This document shows positions 13,480 to 26,340 of a DNA stretch of 64,000 nt, piece after piece. The stretch covers positions 834,637 to 898,636 of the forward strand of contig NMRA01000027.1 of the NCBI GenBank assembly GCA_002633005.1, given 5' to 3'. The translations under genes were made by a program, and so were the position numbers. The number at the start of each line of letters is the position of its first letter. The stretch's first letter is position 1. Under the pieces are notes generated by a model, which worked only from the letters and a program-made list of their open reading frames with translations, was not told the origin of the DNA and made no database searches. The DNA comes from Phoronis australis (Eukaryota > Animalia > Phoronida).

Positions 13480-15169
13480 GTAAGTAGTAGTACAACAAAA
13501 ATCCATATTTTGAAAGTGGAACATTAATAGTATTCCAGCAAAGTACTTAAGCTTTATTCTTTCTATTGATATCCATTACAACAAATTGGGGCGTTAACGA
13601 ATATTTTTTTTTTTTAAATGATGAAATGCAGGCACTTCACACATTTTTCACTCGTGGTAAATTCTCCTGAATTACAGTAGGGGACAAACTTTCAGGTGTT
13701 AAATGGCCTTTATTGTACCGATTTTAATGATAATAACATTAATTTGTTTGCTTAAACGTTCTGCTTTAAAACCGATGAAAAAGGAGAAAAAGTTTTTTTT
13801 TTAATTTACTGCCTCGTAACTCTCTTTCTTTCTTTTTTAAAAACCTTGAAAGTGTGCGCTGAACATCATAATCGCCAATCATGCCTTAATCTATTCCTCA
13901 TCTTGTGTCTTCACAATATTTCACTATTTTCATTGAAACCAATTCTAAAAAGGTAAACTTTTCAATAAAAATGCTGTTCTTTCCAGAGTTCAAGCTTAAG
14001 TCGCACCTGAATGGTTAAATACATTTAACAGAACCAATCGAAACTTCTTTAAATTACAAAAAGTGGCTCGATAGGGGAGGTGTTTTCTTTAAAATGCTAC
14101 GGAATATTTTCTAAGCCCAATTTAAATACCTACGTTTTATTTTTTAATATTATTGTTATACTTTTCTACCTCGTTATTGTTCAGTCAATGCTGCAGTGTA
14201 CCAAAAGATTTAAATTCTTAATTCCAATATGCTTTTGGATGGTCACCGACAGCACCTTCAAGTTCGTATAGTATTTGATAGGAATGAATTTCATTTAAAG
14301 TTCGTTGAAATTTTAGTGGCCAATTTATCGTGTTTTTTAATTTAGTCATGTGATATGGAAAAACTGATCTCGGAAAAGAATAATTCAAGTTACCTCACAG
14401 CTTTTTTAAAAATAACGAAATACTCTGAACGAGACTAAGTTTCTTTTCTTTCCTCTTTTTGATTTCATTTGTTATGCAAATTCCATTTTTGGAATTGTTT
14501 TAAGATCTTTTGGAACAAAATAAACAGTTTCCTAATCCAGGTTAATTCTTGAAGTGTTTTGTCATTTTAAGGGTAAAAATTTCATAACATCCCTTGTTCA
14601 ACTTAGCTTTAGGAAAAAAAATGTAATGCCACAGGTAGATGTCTTAGGTAAATACTATTCTATAGATTCCTAATTTTGTATAAAATTTAAAATTTAAATA
14701 ACTCCAGGCACGCCCAACCGTTTTGAAAAAATCCAAACTGTTAGTTATTTGAATGACATGTCTAAAGCTACAATTTAAGACTATTTTCAAGTATTTATCA
14801 TGGAGTTTGTATTTTGCTTTGGTCACCCTACTGTAATACTAAAAGGTGTGACACGCGGGACTACAAACTCTTGCAATTTCCTCTGATAGGACTTGCAGCG
14901 TCCTGCTCTCAAATGTCCGCACCAACTCTGGGATCAAACCAAGAACATTTTCCAAAAGAGCCGGTGCATCCCAACCCTAAGTGAGCCACGTCTGTTGGTT
15001 TAAGGTCAAGTACGCTATGGGATCACATGTTTTAACAGTTGTCAATTCATTTAGACTTACAGAATTAGATAATACAAAAAATTCCATCCTGGAAACAAGA
15101 TTTAGTAGCATGTCCTAGCTTCAGGCAATGAACACAAATTATATTTGCAACATTTAACTGTTATCATTG

Positions 15170-15850
15170 TATACAAGAATAAGAAAAAACAGAAAAGTAA
15201 AAAACGACATTAACTTGCAACACATCAATGCAACACCAGACTATAATAAACAAGAGATGCAGCAGATTTAAACAGCATGAGGTTAGTTTCGACATTGAAC
15301 GTGTAATGAGGATGTTGGCTTTGTCTAGCAAGCAATGGGAATCATTAAGTGTAGAGAAATTATCAGGGTTACTTTCGGTGACATGGAAAAGTCCCTGTCG
15401 TTGTTGGACAGTCCAAAAGAAAGTGAATTTTGGTCTGAGCTTGCACACATTTGCGCAACAGAGAGACGTCTCTGAAGTTGTGTCGAAAATTATCAGAGTT
15501 AAGTTAACTCCTCAACGGAATCTATACAGAGATATCTCGTGAAATCTAGGAACACATTTAAACTTGGTAAGAGGGAATAGTAAATTACATGTAGGATGAC
15601 ATAAGTGATTTTTAAATTTGATTTGATCACTGGAGTTGAACAGCTGTCTCTTAAATTTGAAGTCGGAATATTCCAATTTTCTATACACACTGCATTTGTT
15701 GAACTGCGAGTTGCCCTGAAATATGAAGGAGGATTGTGACGTATTGTTTATGTCATTAAAAACCGTAAATGTATACGAAGTTGCATGTAGTCTCTTTAGT
15801 TCGGAAAAAGTACAAGACAAATTCAGGCTTTGGGGATCTTTAACATAAAG
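15170..15850 (-). mobile_element. Degenerate CR1/L2-like LINE ORF2 3' fragment
   Basis: Minus-strand frames give CIENWNIP...KSNLK, HEISLYRFR and LNSDNFRHNFRD...KIHFLLDCP, similar to the LINE at 54880-55740. Boundaries approximate. Confidence 0.7.
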
Positions 15851-15974
15851 CTTACGTTAAACAAACGTTGATAAACCGAAGTCAAGACCGGAGTTGCCAC
15901 TGGTGAACGAACAGCGAACAGTTAAATGTTTGTTTGGCCAAAGTTCACCCGCTAAGTCATAACATGGTAATTGC

Positions 15975-16178
15975 CGACCAAGGACACGCTTAATCCGAAT
16001 TGGTCGTCTACGCTAGGCGACCACTTAGCCGACCCAAGTGCCGACCACAGGGGCTACTCAGCAGACGGCTCATACCCGACTGTTGTTGGTCGGCTGCTGG
16101 TCGGCTAGACGACCGGTCGACGGCCGGTTGACGACCAATTTCCGACCGGTCGGACAAAAATTCGTGATGTGTGCTGTA
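15975..16178. repeat. CCGAC/GTCGG motif array ending ...cggacaaaaattcgtgatgtgtgctgTA (transposon end, copy 1)
   Basis: Many ccgac/gtcgg pentamers. The terminal ~34 nt are identical to 17565-17598. Confidence 0.55.
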
Positions 16179-17419
16179 CATTTTGTGCACGGCGACGTGT
16201 GCAGCGACGCTCTGAATGCATCAACCAAGCATATTAATTTTTGAAAATGCCCTCAAAAGTGGTTTTTTTTAAAACACCGTGTTGGCCGTATTCGTCAGTG
16301 TAGAAAAGCGAAATGAACAGATTTGTAAACACTGCTCAAAACACTTTTGTTGACATACGGAAACGCCAACGTCTCCGTTACAACGCTGTATTTGCTTGGC
16401 GTTTCTTATGAAGCGCTCTCATGCTTAATTTTTTTAAGATTGAGCGCTGTTTCAAAAATTGTTGTAGGTCGTCTTACAGCTGAGCACAGAAGAATTATTC
16501 TGCACCTTGGTTTGTTTTCTATCATCGCAATCGCTTTAACAAAGATTCACGCACATATGCCGTGCAGAGACAAATACCTGTTCGCCACGTATTCATATCA
16601 TCCCGTAAATTGTTTTATTTTACATAATTTGTCAATATGTTGTTGACAGAAAATATTTATTTTGGAAGAACGTGAACGATGAACTGATACATGTAACTAG
16701 CGCAGATTTTAACGTCACCGATGCACTAAGAACGGAATGCGCAAAGCTAGAGTTGGTTGTAGCCTCAACAGTGGTTATTCTGTGTTTGGTGTCACTGTCT
16801 AAATTCGTGGAAATCGTAACCATCTGATTTCGAAGTTAGAGCCATCAAAGTCCGTGCGTTTAGGGCATACTGGACCGTGAAGTTCGCGTCTGTACCGTAA
16901 GGGTTAATCATATGAAAATAAAAACCCCGGAGTGAGAGCTCTTCGCGGTGCAACAACTCACTCACTATCCCATCATCATGGGCACGTGATAAGAGACCGA
17001 TGGAGAATTTTAAAAACGCAACAAGATGCAGTTCGGCGTAACACAAACAACAAACAATTGTGGGCGAAGACTGTCAAAAATAGCTGCTTTTATAAAATGA
17101 CTACAGCGTTGTATTGACCGGGAAGCAGCCAATCTAATGCAGCTTGTGAACGTCTAGAGTCAAATTAAAGATCAAATGTAAAGAAAATGTTCACGTTTTT
17201 TATCCAAAACTTGTTGCACTGTCCATAAATCAATGAAAAAACGGCTTGCCCTCAACCTTCGAGTTAGTGGTGTTTCATAACTGCGGTAAATTCATGTAAC
17301 GGAGAAGGTAAAACTAAGTTAATTTATTTGACCCTGTGCTAAGACGAATGTGCATTGACGAGCAAAGTGGTATCAGCCTGACAACCCATTACGCAACTGC
17401 TACTCTAGCCTAAAATTAG

Positions 17420-17598
17420 CAGCCGACTAGCTGGTCGGCTGATGGCCGGTCGGCTGAAGGGTCGGCTGGAGAGTCGCCTTATGGATCGGCACTGCGGCCG
17501 GCTGCCGGTCGGCTAAAAATTAGCCGACCGGTCTGCTAATTTGCCCGTCGTCGACAAATTTACGACCGGTCGGACAAAAATTCGTGATGTGTGCTGTA
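17420..17598. repeat. CCGAC/GTCGG motif array (transposon end, copy 2) abutting (TA)n
   Basis: Same terminal sequence and orientation as 16146-16178, directly followed by the TA microsatellite. Confidence 0.55.
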
Positions 17599-17617
17599 TA
17601 TATATATATATATATAN

Positions 17618-17699
<82 letters not shown>

Positions 17700-17722
17700 A
17701 AATATATATATACATATATATA
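17597..17722. repeat. (TA)n microsatellite containing an N
   Basis: Directly visible. Confidence 0.97.
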
Positions 17723-18521
17723 TCAGTATGGTAAGTTGACACCGTTACCCTAATTGAACGAAGCACACCTTTTTGGAGATGTTCCTGTCGAAATGATGAT
17801 TACTATACTTTTCTATAATTTCACAAATGCCTTAAGGTTTGTCGGTTGCATTTTCCTTATCAACTGTTACTTTTCCTGATTGTACTTGTACACACATTTC
17901 CCCAGGAAGTCAAAAAGTGGCGCTTCAAACATATTGCATTTTCCACGGTTTTATAGGACATAGCGTTTTTAGGTTGCAGTTCAAGCTCTTAACCACAAAA
18001 GTCAGGTCAGGTGAGGAAAAAATGTATAATAACATGTCAGCGTGTGATAGATTACTTGACGAGACAGGGTGTCCAGAAACGGTCTACACAAAAAACGGAA
18101 TTTTGAAACGTACACTTTCGGTTGCAACCTGAAGTCCCTCATAACCTTTATCAAATCAAAACCCAAAACATTTAGCATAGATTGAGTACACTGTCACTGA
18201 TCAACATGTTAGGAAACATCTTTATGTCAAATATCGTCACAGCTATTGCAACAAATATTAACTCGGCTGCTGCGACTCCTATATCGGCCAGAATCCTAGC
18301 TAAATGCATCTAAGTGTTTTAATATGTTCACGCAATCTCAGCTTCATTTGGCGGTGTAAGTCACCTGGCGTTAACTATGTCGCTTTGTACTGAAGGCCTC
18401 TCAAAATGGAGGCTGCATGATTAACCACCGCAAGTGAGCGTGACTTACGTCGTAGTAGATACTTTATTACATTTCTGAATCCTTTGTCAAACATAGTGCC
18501 ATGACATGATTTTTCTTGCAG

Positions 18522-18803
18522 AGATATACCCAGGATGCAAAGTTGACGTTAGAGGATTTGGCTATGCCGGAGAGATTCAGTACGCCAAGACTGGAGAAGA
18601 GTGCAGGATATGGGCTAGTCCGGAAGTTCAGAGGTACATGATCAAACGTGAATCTTTAAAGACATCATATAGCATGTGGTCAAGAAACGTTCAACTTTCG
18701 AACTTTTGTAGAAATCCGGATCATTCGGAGGGGGGTCCATGGTGTTACGTAAAATCAGAGGACGTACCTTCGTGGCGTACTTGTGTCATCAAAATTTGTA
18801 ACG
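18522..18803 (+). CDS. Kringle-domain exon K3 (282 nt, phase 1-1)
   Basis: tttttcttgcag|AG ATA TAC CCA GGA TGC ... TGT AAC G|gtaagt. Six Cys, including NFCRNPDHSEGGPWCY. Confidence 0.93.
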
Positions 18804-19476
18804 GTAAGTACTATTCAGCGACTGAGTCATTGAACATTGTCCGGACTGCCTCACGGTTAACCAGACGGGAGTGTAACCGGAAAGCAGGCCTGAGAGAACC
18901 ACCTCATGGTTTTCTCATGTTTACTGTCTCGGTAGCCGTTAGTACCTCCGGCTTGGTCTCCTTGACGCTTATTCTGCTTTTGTAACGCCTTTGGTAGCTT
19001 TGGTTTAACACCGTCATGGTGCGCCAGGCTAATAAAAACATCTACTTCTGCATATGCACGAGGCTTTGTTTGTGTACTCTATACCTTTCGAGTAATCCGT
19101 TCTTTTGGCTTCTTACACCACCGAGTTCCGACTAACTATTTAATTTCGCGTATTTGTCATTGAAAAGAACTCCTTTAACTCGTGTACTGATACATTCATG
19201 CTGTCCAGTCCATGCATCCACAGCCTGTCCCATCAACGGCTTACCCGTGGTTAATAAAGACTTAGACCAATCTAGTGGCCTCAGGTAAAGAGGAACAAGT
19301 TTACGAGGTTTCGCGGCTGGTTATATTAATTTGCCCTAAAGATATCCTACGCATCTTTCTATTTGTGCATATACACATGCATTTTTACTCTGTACATTCT
19401 TGTCCGGCACTCGTGGAACAGAAAATTCCAGTAAGCTCCATCGGGTGAGGGCATCTGAACGACCCAATCCCTATTG

Positions 19477-21226
19477 CAAGCGTATGTTAAATCCCCAATC
19501 CGTGGTCAGCTGGGTTTATTTGTAGCTCGATCCCTTAGTATTTCTGGCCCACTCACTAAAATAACACTGGCGGTGACTTGTCTTACGAGACAGATGGTCG
19601 TGGTCAGTTTCCTCCTCATGATGCCGGAATTTGGGATACATTGGAGCAAACATCAAGCCCTGTTATACAGTAAAGGCAACTGAATTATTCCGCTATGTAC
19701 AAGTGTGTCAACATTCTTGATATATTTATTTAAAAAAAAATAATTAAAATGAGAAGTTAAGTCCTGGGTTATGTTTAATGAAATGATCTAAGATTTAGGA
19801 AATAAAATTGATCTTTAACTCCACGTAAAGATTTCTGAAAAATACTTGAACCTCAAGTAAGCAAAATTCTGTGCAAATCACTGAAATCGCTTGCACGATA
19901 ATCAGCATCACTGTGTATGACACAGACAACTTTAGTGTCGGAGTGTCACTGTCAGACGATTATTAAAAATGTAAAAAATTATCTAGATCAACCCAAAACG
20001 TAATTGCTTCTGACCAGTTCCAAAAACTAGCGGTGGGTTAGCCCCTCCAGACACGCCCAAATACCTGAGTTTAGCTGGATCAAACAAAGAGGTAACCCCA
20101 TGAAACCAGTTGCAAAATATTCACCGTAAGCACAGGTTTCTAGAATAAATACTGCCAGATAAATATACACTGTAGCGTTGGGTTAGCCCCGCCAGACAAG
20201 CCCGAATACCTGAGTTGAGTTAGATTAATCCAAGAGGTAACCCCATGAAACCAGTTGCAAAATATTTACCGTAAGCACAGCAAACAAGAATAAATGCTGC
20301 CAGACAAATCTAGTGGTGGCTTATCCCCACCAGACACGAAGAAGTACCTGAGTTGAGCTANCAAGCGTATGTTAAATCCCCAATCCGTGGTCAGCTGGGT
20401 TTATTTGTAGCTCGATCCCTTAGTATTTCTGGCCCACTCACTAAAATAATACTGGTGGTGACTTGTCTTACGAGACAGATGGTCGTGGTCAGTTTCCTCC
20501 TCATGATGCCGGAATTCGGGATACATTGGAGCAAACATCAAGCCCTGTTATACAGCGAAGGCAACTGAATTATTCCGCTATGTACAAGTGTGTCAACATT
20601 CTTGATTCTTTATTTCAAAAACATAATTAAAATGAGAAGTTAAGTCCTGGGTTCTGTTTAATGAAATGATCTAAGATTTGGGAAATAAAATTGATCTTTA
20701 ACTCCACGTAAAGATTTCTGAAAAATAATTGAACCTCAAGTAAGCAAAATTCTGTGCAAATCACTGAAATCGCTTGCACGATGTTTAGCATCACTGTTTA
20801 TGACACAGACAACTTTAGTGTCGGAGTGTCACTGTCAGACGATTATCAAAAATGTAAAAAATTAGCTAGATCAACCCAAAACGTAATTGCTTCTGACCAG
20901 TTGCAAAAACTAGCGGTGGGTTATCCCCTCCAGACACGCCCAAATACCTGAGTTTAGCAGGATCAAACAAAGAGGTAACCCCATGAAACCAGTTGCAAAA
21001 TATTCACCGTAAGCAGGTTTCTAGAATAAATACTGCCAGAGCGTTGGGTTAGCCCCGCCAGACAAGCCCGACTACCTGAGTTGAGTTAGATTAATCCAAG
21101 AGGTAACCCCATGAAACCAGTTGCAAAATATTTACCGTAAGCACAGCAAACAAGAATAAATGCTGCCAGACAAATCTAGTGGTGGCTTATCCCCACCAGA
21201 CACGAAGAAGTACCTGAGTTGAGCTA
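19477..21226. repeat. ~0.87-kb tandem duplication across the N at 20361
   Basis: caagcgtatgttaaatcccc starts at both 19477 and 20362, and both copies end gaagtacctgagttgagcta, with SNP-level differences. Confidence 0.9.
20030..20360. repeat. Degenerate ~140-bp tandem repeat (again at ~20915-21340)
   Basis: Unit gggttagcccc.ccagac...tacctgagtt...gaggtaaccccatgaaaccagttgcaaaata starts at about 20035, 20180 and 20318. Confidence 0.8.
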
Positions 21227-22429
21227 GACCAACCCACCAGGTAACCGTTTGAACCAATTGCACAATGTTCAGCATCACTCCACGTGGCACAAAATTAAGA
21301 TGCCAGAAAATATCAGCAGTGGGTTAACTCCGTCAGACAAATTGATTATGAGCCCATTCACGCTGAATTTGCTACAAAACATTGAGGAACCAGTCACTTC
21401 GATTTTCATTAAAGCCAGTGAGTCCATACAGCATAGGTGGTCACACAAGATGAGAAATTTTTTGTCCGCAAGTTTACGTCAGAGAATGAAAACCAAAAAC
21501 ATTACACCTGAGGTTAGAGCAACCTCACAAGTCTATGAGGCAACAACGGATTACTCTGTATGATATGCTATTAAAAACAAAACCTAAAATCCGTCCATGA
21601 CGGTTGGTGTATTGTGTTGACACGAATTTCGATTTTGCATTGTCCTATACATGTATTACCAGTCTAAACTGTGTCCCTCTGTCTTCGAACGAGTCATTGG
21701 ATGCAACTAATAAAACAAGGAATAATCAAAATGTCGTCTTTTGCTGTTTCTGTGTTCTGTAAGCGCGCCACCTTCCTTCATTTCACTCAGTGATTATTGA
21801 CAGATTTGGGAAAACTGATCAGTTTCGGGCAATCTACACCTTTCTCATAAACCGAGCCCACACAGATGCTTCAAAACCAATGACGTCAGTAGCTATATTA
21901 ACATACTCCCCGATAGCGCTAGATATATTCTTTGCCTTGAAAAGTCCAAACTACGCCGGAAGGGAAAATTGTGGGAATAACCAGTCTTGTTAGTTTTTCA
22001 CTTTAGCTAGACTGAGAATCATTTCATTTGCTCGACACAATTGAACTGTTCGCTTTTTGTCTTCAAAGTGAATATAAAACACGTTCAAATTAATTATTCG
22101 TTGATGTTGTATATGGAGCTGAGTCATCGTGACAACGACCCCGAGTATCCATATTGGGAGGGGTATCCAACCACTAACTATTATCATTTTCGAAGTTTGA
22201 AGCGGTTACCAGAAAAGTTCAATTTCCGAGTTCCATTCGCTCGGTTCCCCTGACCACACCCACCATAGCTAACCTGCCAAACGGCCATTTCCAAGCTTGA
22301 CGATACCCTTAGAGCACTATGGCACCAAAAAAGTTAGTTACCTTTCATTCCCAAAAACTCTAAGATCCCGGTCTACACTGCACCGTAAACCGTCTGCTTC
22401 TAGGGATGTTTATCTGCATAATAAAAGTG

Positions 22430-24300
22430 ACCACTAGATGGCGCAACATGCTTTGAATCCATCCAAAAACGGGAAAATGTCCACAATATAGCTATTTACC
22501 ACATTTCGTGAAAATCTGTTGAGGAACTTCGGAGAAACAGAAGAAAACGGAAAAAAATAAAATTGCCACTAGGATGCACAGGGTTCGTCGGGTCTATCTA
22601 AAACCGTTTGTAATCCGTTGTCAACTTCATATATATACACAAACGTACCGAGAGTGGCGTACATGAAGTAATATCCACGAGACATTATTCCGCGTATCGA
22701 CCGTGACCGTGCACTTCGAATTCCATTGTTTCTTTCATTTTTTCGGCAGATTTTTGAAAAAGTTCACTGACTGTTCACATGGCGGAGCGCATCCTATATG
22801 TACAGTATGTAAATGCGCGTTAGGCTGCAAATTTTCAATTGTAAAAGAAACAGTTTTAAAAGTAATGATTTATTTCTTGAAAAGAGGTAACAAAGATGAA
22901 AACAACGGCAACTGTGCAGTGAACTTGTAACATCTCCTAAAAATAGTTAAATAACACAATTTGATTTTGTAACTTCCTTGGAATAGGCGCCTGAGTTGCA
23001 GACAATATAGTTTTTCAGCAATTGAAAACTGAGACAGAAGTGTCATATAATTAATATTTTTGTTCCAGCTTTTACATTGATGGCCTGGTTGCATGTCGAG
23101 TGTAAGTCGACATTGACCTACCTTTTGAACTTTCCATGTCATAGGTCATTGTTGACGTAGTGCGGGAGGTGAATACAGAAACCTTAATTACATGGCCGTA
23201 TTTCCCTTGACAGATTCAACGCGTTTGAATTAAATACACTTAATAAACTGAATAGAGATCATGGAGAGGGCTTAGGAGATACAGCTATGGGCCCAAACAA
23301 CTGCCTCCAGGAGGCGTCACCGTAATCGGAGTTGTTGGAAATCATCTTCACCCTAAAAACATAGAAGCCAATTTTCATTATTAACCTAAAAGTTGTTTGG
23401 TTAACAGAGGGCGAACGCCAAAACCCGACTAGAAAACAGAAAAATGTCCACTAAATGGCGCAAAATACGTTTGATACGTCCCTGAACGAAAAATGCCGTG
23501 GCTTCTTTTACAGGAAGCCATTTAATAAATAATGAAATTTGTGACTAGATGGCGCAGCCGGTTTTCGTCAGATCCGTCTGAGAGTGATCGTTTTCTGTTT
23601 TCAGTTTTATATAAATATACGTGATCAATTTAATAAAGATTCAGCAGAAGGCTAAGAAGCTACAGCTATGGACGCAACAAATCCCATTAGGAGGCGCCAC
23701 AGTAGTCGAAGCGTCGGAAAGCCATCGTCAATCGTTCTCTTCATAGAAACATCATGAATGTCAATTTTCACAATCATTCTTAGACTGGCTTGGTTTATAG
23801 AGAGGCGGATGCCAAATACAGACTGAAAACAAAAAATGGCCACTACAAGGCGCCAAACTATGTCAAATCCATCTGAACACGGGGAAATGGCATCGTCCCT
23901 TTAAGAGAAAGCTATTTACCAAATTCCATAAAAATCCATCAACGAACTTCACAGAAACAGAAGAAAACGAAAACAAAATGAAATTACCGGCAGGGGGCGC
24001 CGTGTTTGTCGGATCAATCTGAAAATTGTCGTTTTCCATTGTCAACCTCAAATAAATACAGGTGCTAAATATAATATTGCTCCTGCGGAGAGCTTACAAT
24101 CTACAGCTATGGGCGCAAAAACTGCCACATGGGGGTGCCAGAGTAGTCAAGCCGACGGAAACTCGTCGTCAATCGTGCTCGTCATACTAAGAACATACAT
24201 GACGAACAATTAACCTTTAGTGCGGTTTGGTTGATAGAGGAGCAGGTGCCAAAAATACAACCGAGAATAATAAAAATGGAAACTAGACGGCACAAAATAT
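22430..24300 (+). repeat. Degenerate ~380-440-bp tandem repeat carrying multiple CTCF-consensus-like motifs
   Basis: tacagctatgg recurs at ~23280, 23661 and 24102. CCACTAGATGGCGC-like motifs at 22431, 22566, 23304, 23448, 23542, 23684, 23840, 23987 and 24125. Confidence 0.7.
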
Positions 24301-26256
24301 CTCGAATCCAACCGAAATCGAAAGGAAAGCGTCATCTCAGTCGATGTCTATGTGCTAAGTTTCATGGATATCGCTTAAGGACCTTTTGAAGATACACAGA
24401 AAAATCAAATCTTTGTTAGCCAGTGCATCCAAGGTTTCAAATCTATCAACCCTTTTGTTTACTTGGCCTTTTTCGAGCGTGTCAGTTCCTTTTGTAATTC
24501 TACTAAATGTATTATAGTGGATGTTACAGTGTATGTCGCCCATGTTTCAGAATTAGTTTATAATTATTAGATTTCGGATTAGTTGTCAGAGCTGTTAACC
24601 TTTTAAGTAATTTGCAGATATTTTAGTGACAATTGAACGTGCATCTCGATTGATATTTATCACATGCCCAGCTTGTCTGGATAAACCATGGTGTAAACTG
24701 GATGTAACCTATTCTCTATGGCGATTTTGCCACGGATTGCGCTTAAAACCCTCTCAACCCCACACCCACTAGACCCTCAAACATCGGACAAACGACCCAC
24801 AACCCCCTTCACGCACTACCTAAAAGCCCCTGGATCCACGACCTGTGGTAGTAGATGTATCTTTGCACCATGAACACATTTCATAATCATGTTACGTCAC
24901 TGAATGACTTTCTCTTAAGACTTACCTAACGCAAATCCGCTCTGGCTCAATTCTGATTGTTAAATATAGTAAGTGGTGTAGGAACACGATCCGAAATAGT
25001 GTAGGGGATTGTGAGCGTGCTAAGGTTGTATATAACCATAATTTGTCACTGAAATCTCTTTTTCCCAATGTTGGTCGATAACTTAGTGCTAATGAGCATT
25101 TGAAGCCACTTGCGCTAAATACATGTCAAGATCAGAAGAAATATTCTCCAAAACGAACTTTTGGGCACTACTGGTCTTAGCGAAATGAACGTTTAAAAAC
25201 ATAAGGACAGCCGTCAACCTCCTCATCTATTCCATTATAATGCCCACCAATATCACCAAAAACTGTTGATTTGTAAATGTGACTCTTTTTTGGATAGAAT
25301 ACTGTCACCCTTACTGTACTCCTAGCCGTGCATAAAATCATATGTTTCTCCACCCGACTGTTGACACTTACTATTGGCGGATTTACTTGAACTAAATGTT
25401 TCTTGTGAAACTAAATCCTCCTTTTGTATTCGTAAAATGACAAGCATCTGTTCACTTTTCAAGTCATGATTCAAACTTCAGCAGCTCAAATTTAACAGGT
25501 TTAAAATACCCATTGGCATCTAACCGGAAGCCCCCACTATCGAACGACCATGAATTCAACTGCGTGCAGCAAAGGAACCTATTGAGTTCGAGGAAACATT
25601 AAAAACAACATCGTGATAAATAACTCATGCATACAAACAAGAAACACCAAATTATAAATCACAGAGAGTCAAAGATTTTTTTTTTATTTCTATTCAAAGA
25701 TAAGGTATATGTATGAACGCTCGGGTCGTTTAAAAACGATGGCTGACCTATTTGTTGCACGAGAATAATTAATAATCTTAGACACGGTTCCCTGTGTTAT
25801 GGAAATAAGAATGTTATGTTTAGAAACGACCTCACTCGCATGTTCAAGTCAAAAACTATTGTTCACAGTAAAGGCAGTCACATGATTTTATTAAATACTT
25901 GCAACATTGAGTCACCGAGGATTCAGAAAATGAAATGCAGTTTCATGGGTTTAAAATGAATAGCTAAAAGGTTATTTCATGAACGAAAAAGAGATTAGCA
26001 AATGTTAAAAGTTCGATCAACAATTTTACATGACCTTTCTCGCACAAACCACTACCGGTTTTACAACGCAAACAGTTACACCAAATTTATAATCCAACTC
26101 TCCTATGCCAACCTCCACATCAGCACATCATCTACAGCAAATAACATTAATTTAACCACGCTTGCTTGTTATCGCCAGCGATATCGTGCCTAGATGCTTA
26201 TAGTAACATGTATATGTGTGTCCATATTTAAATTTAGAATGGCACTGAAGTTATTG

Positions 26257-26259
<3 letters not shown>

Positions 26260-26302
<43 letters not shown>

Positions 26303-26340
26303 GCGTGTGCATGTGCGTGTGCGTGTGAGTGTGTGTGTTT
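26260..26340. repeat. (TG)n microsatellite
   Basis: Directly visible. Confidence 0.95.

Noticed and set aside
17541-17766. IYIYIY ORFs (also 36263-36445 and 40286-40477)
   Set aside because: Translations of (TA)n microsatellites.
20030-21340. CRISPR-like array
   Set aside because: Whole ~140-bp units are repeated with no unique spacers, there are no cas genes, and the context is eukaryotic.
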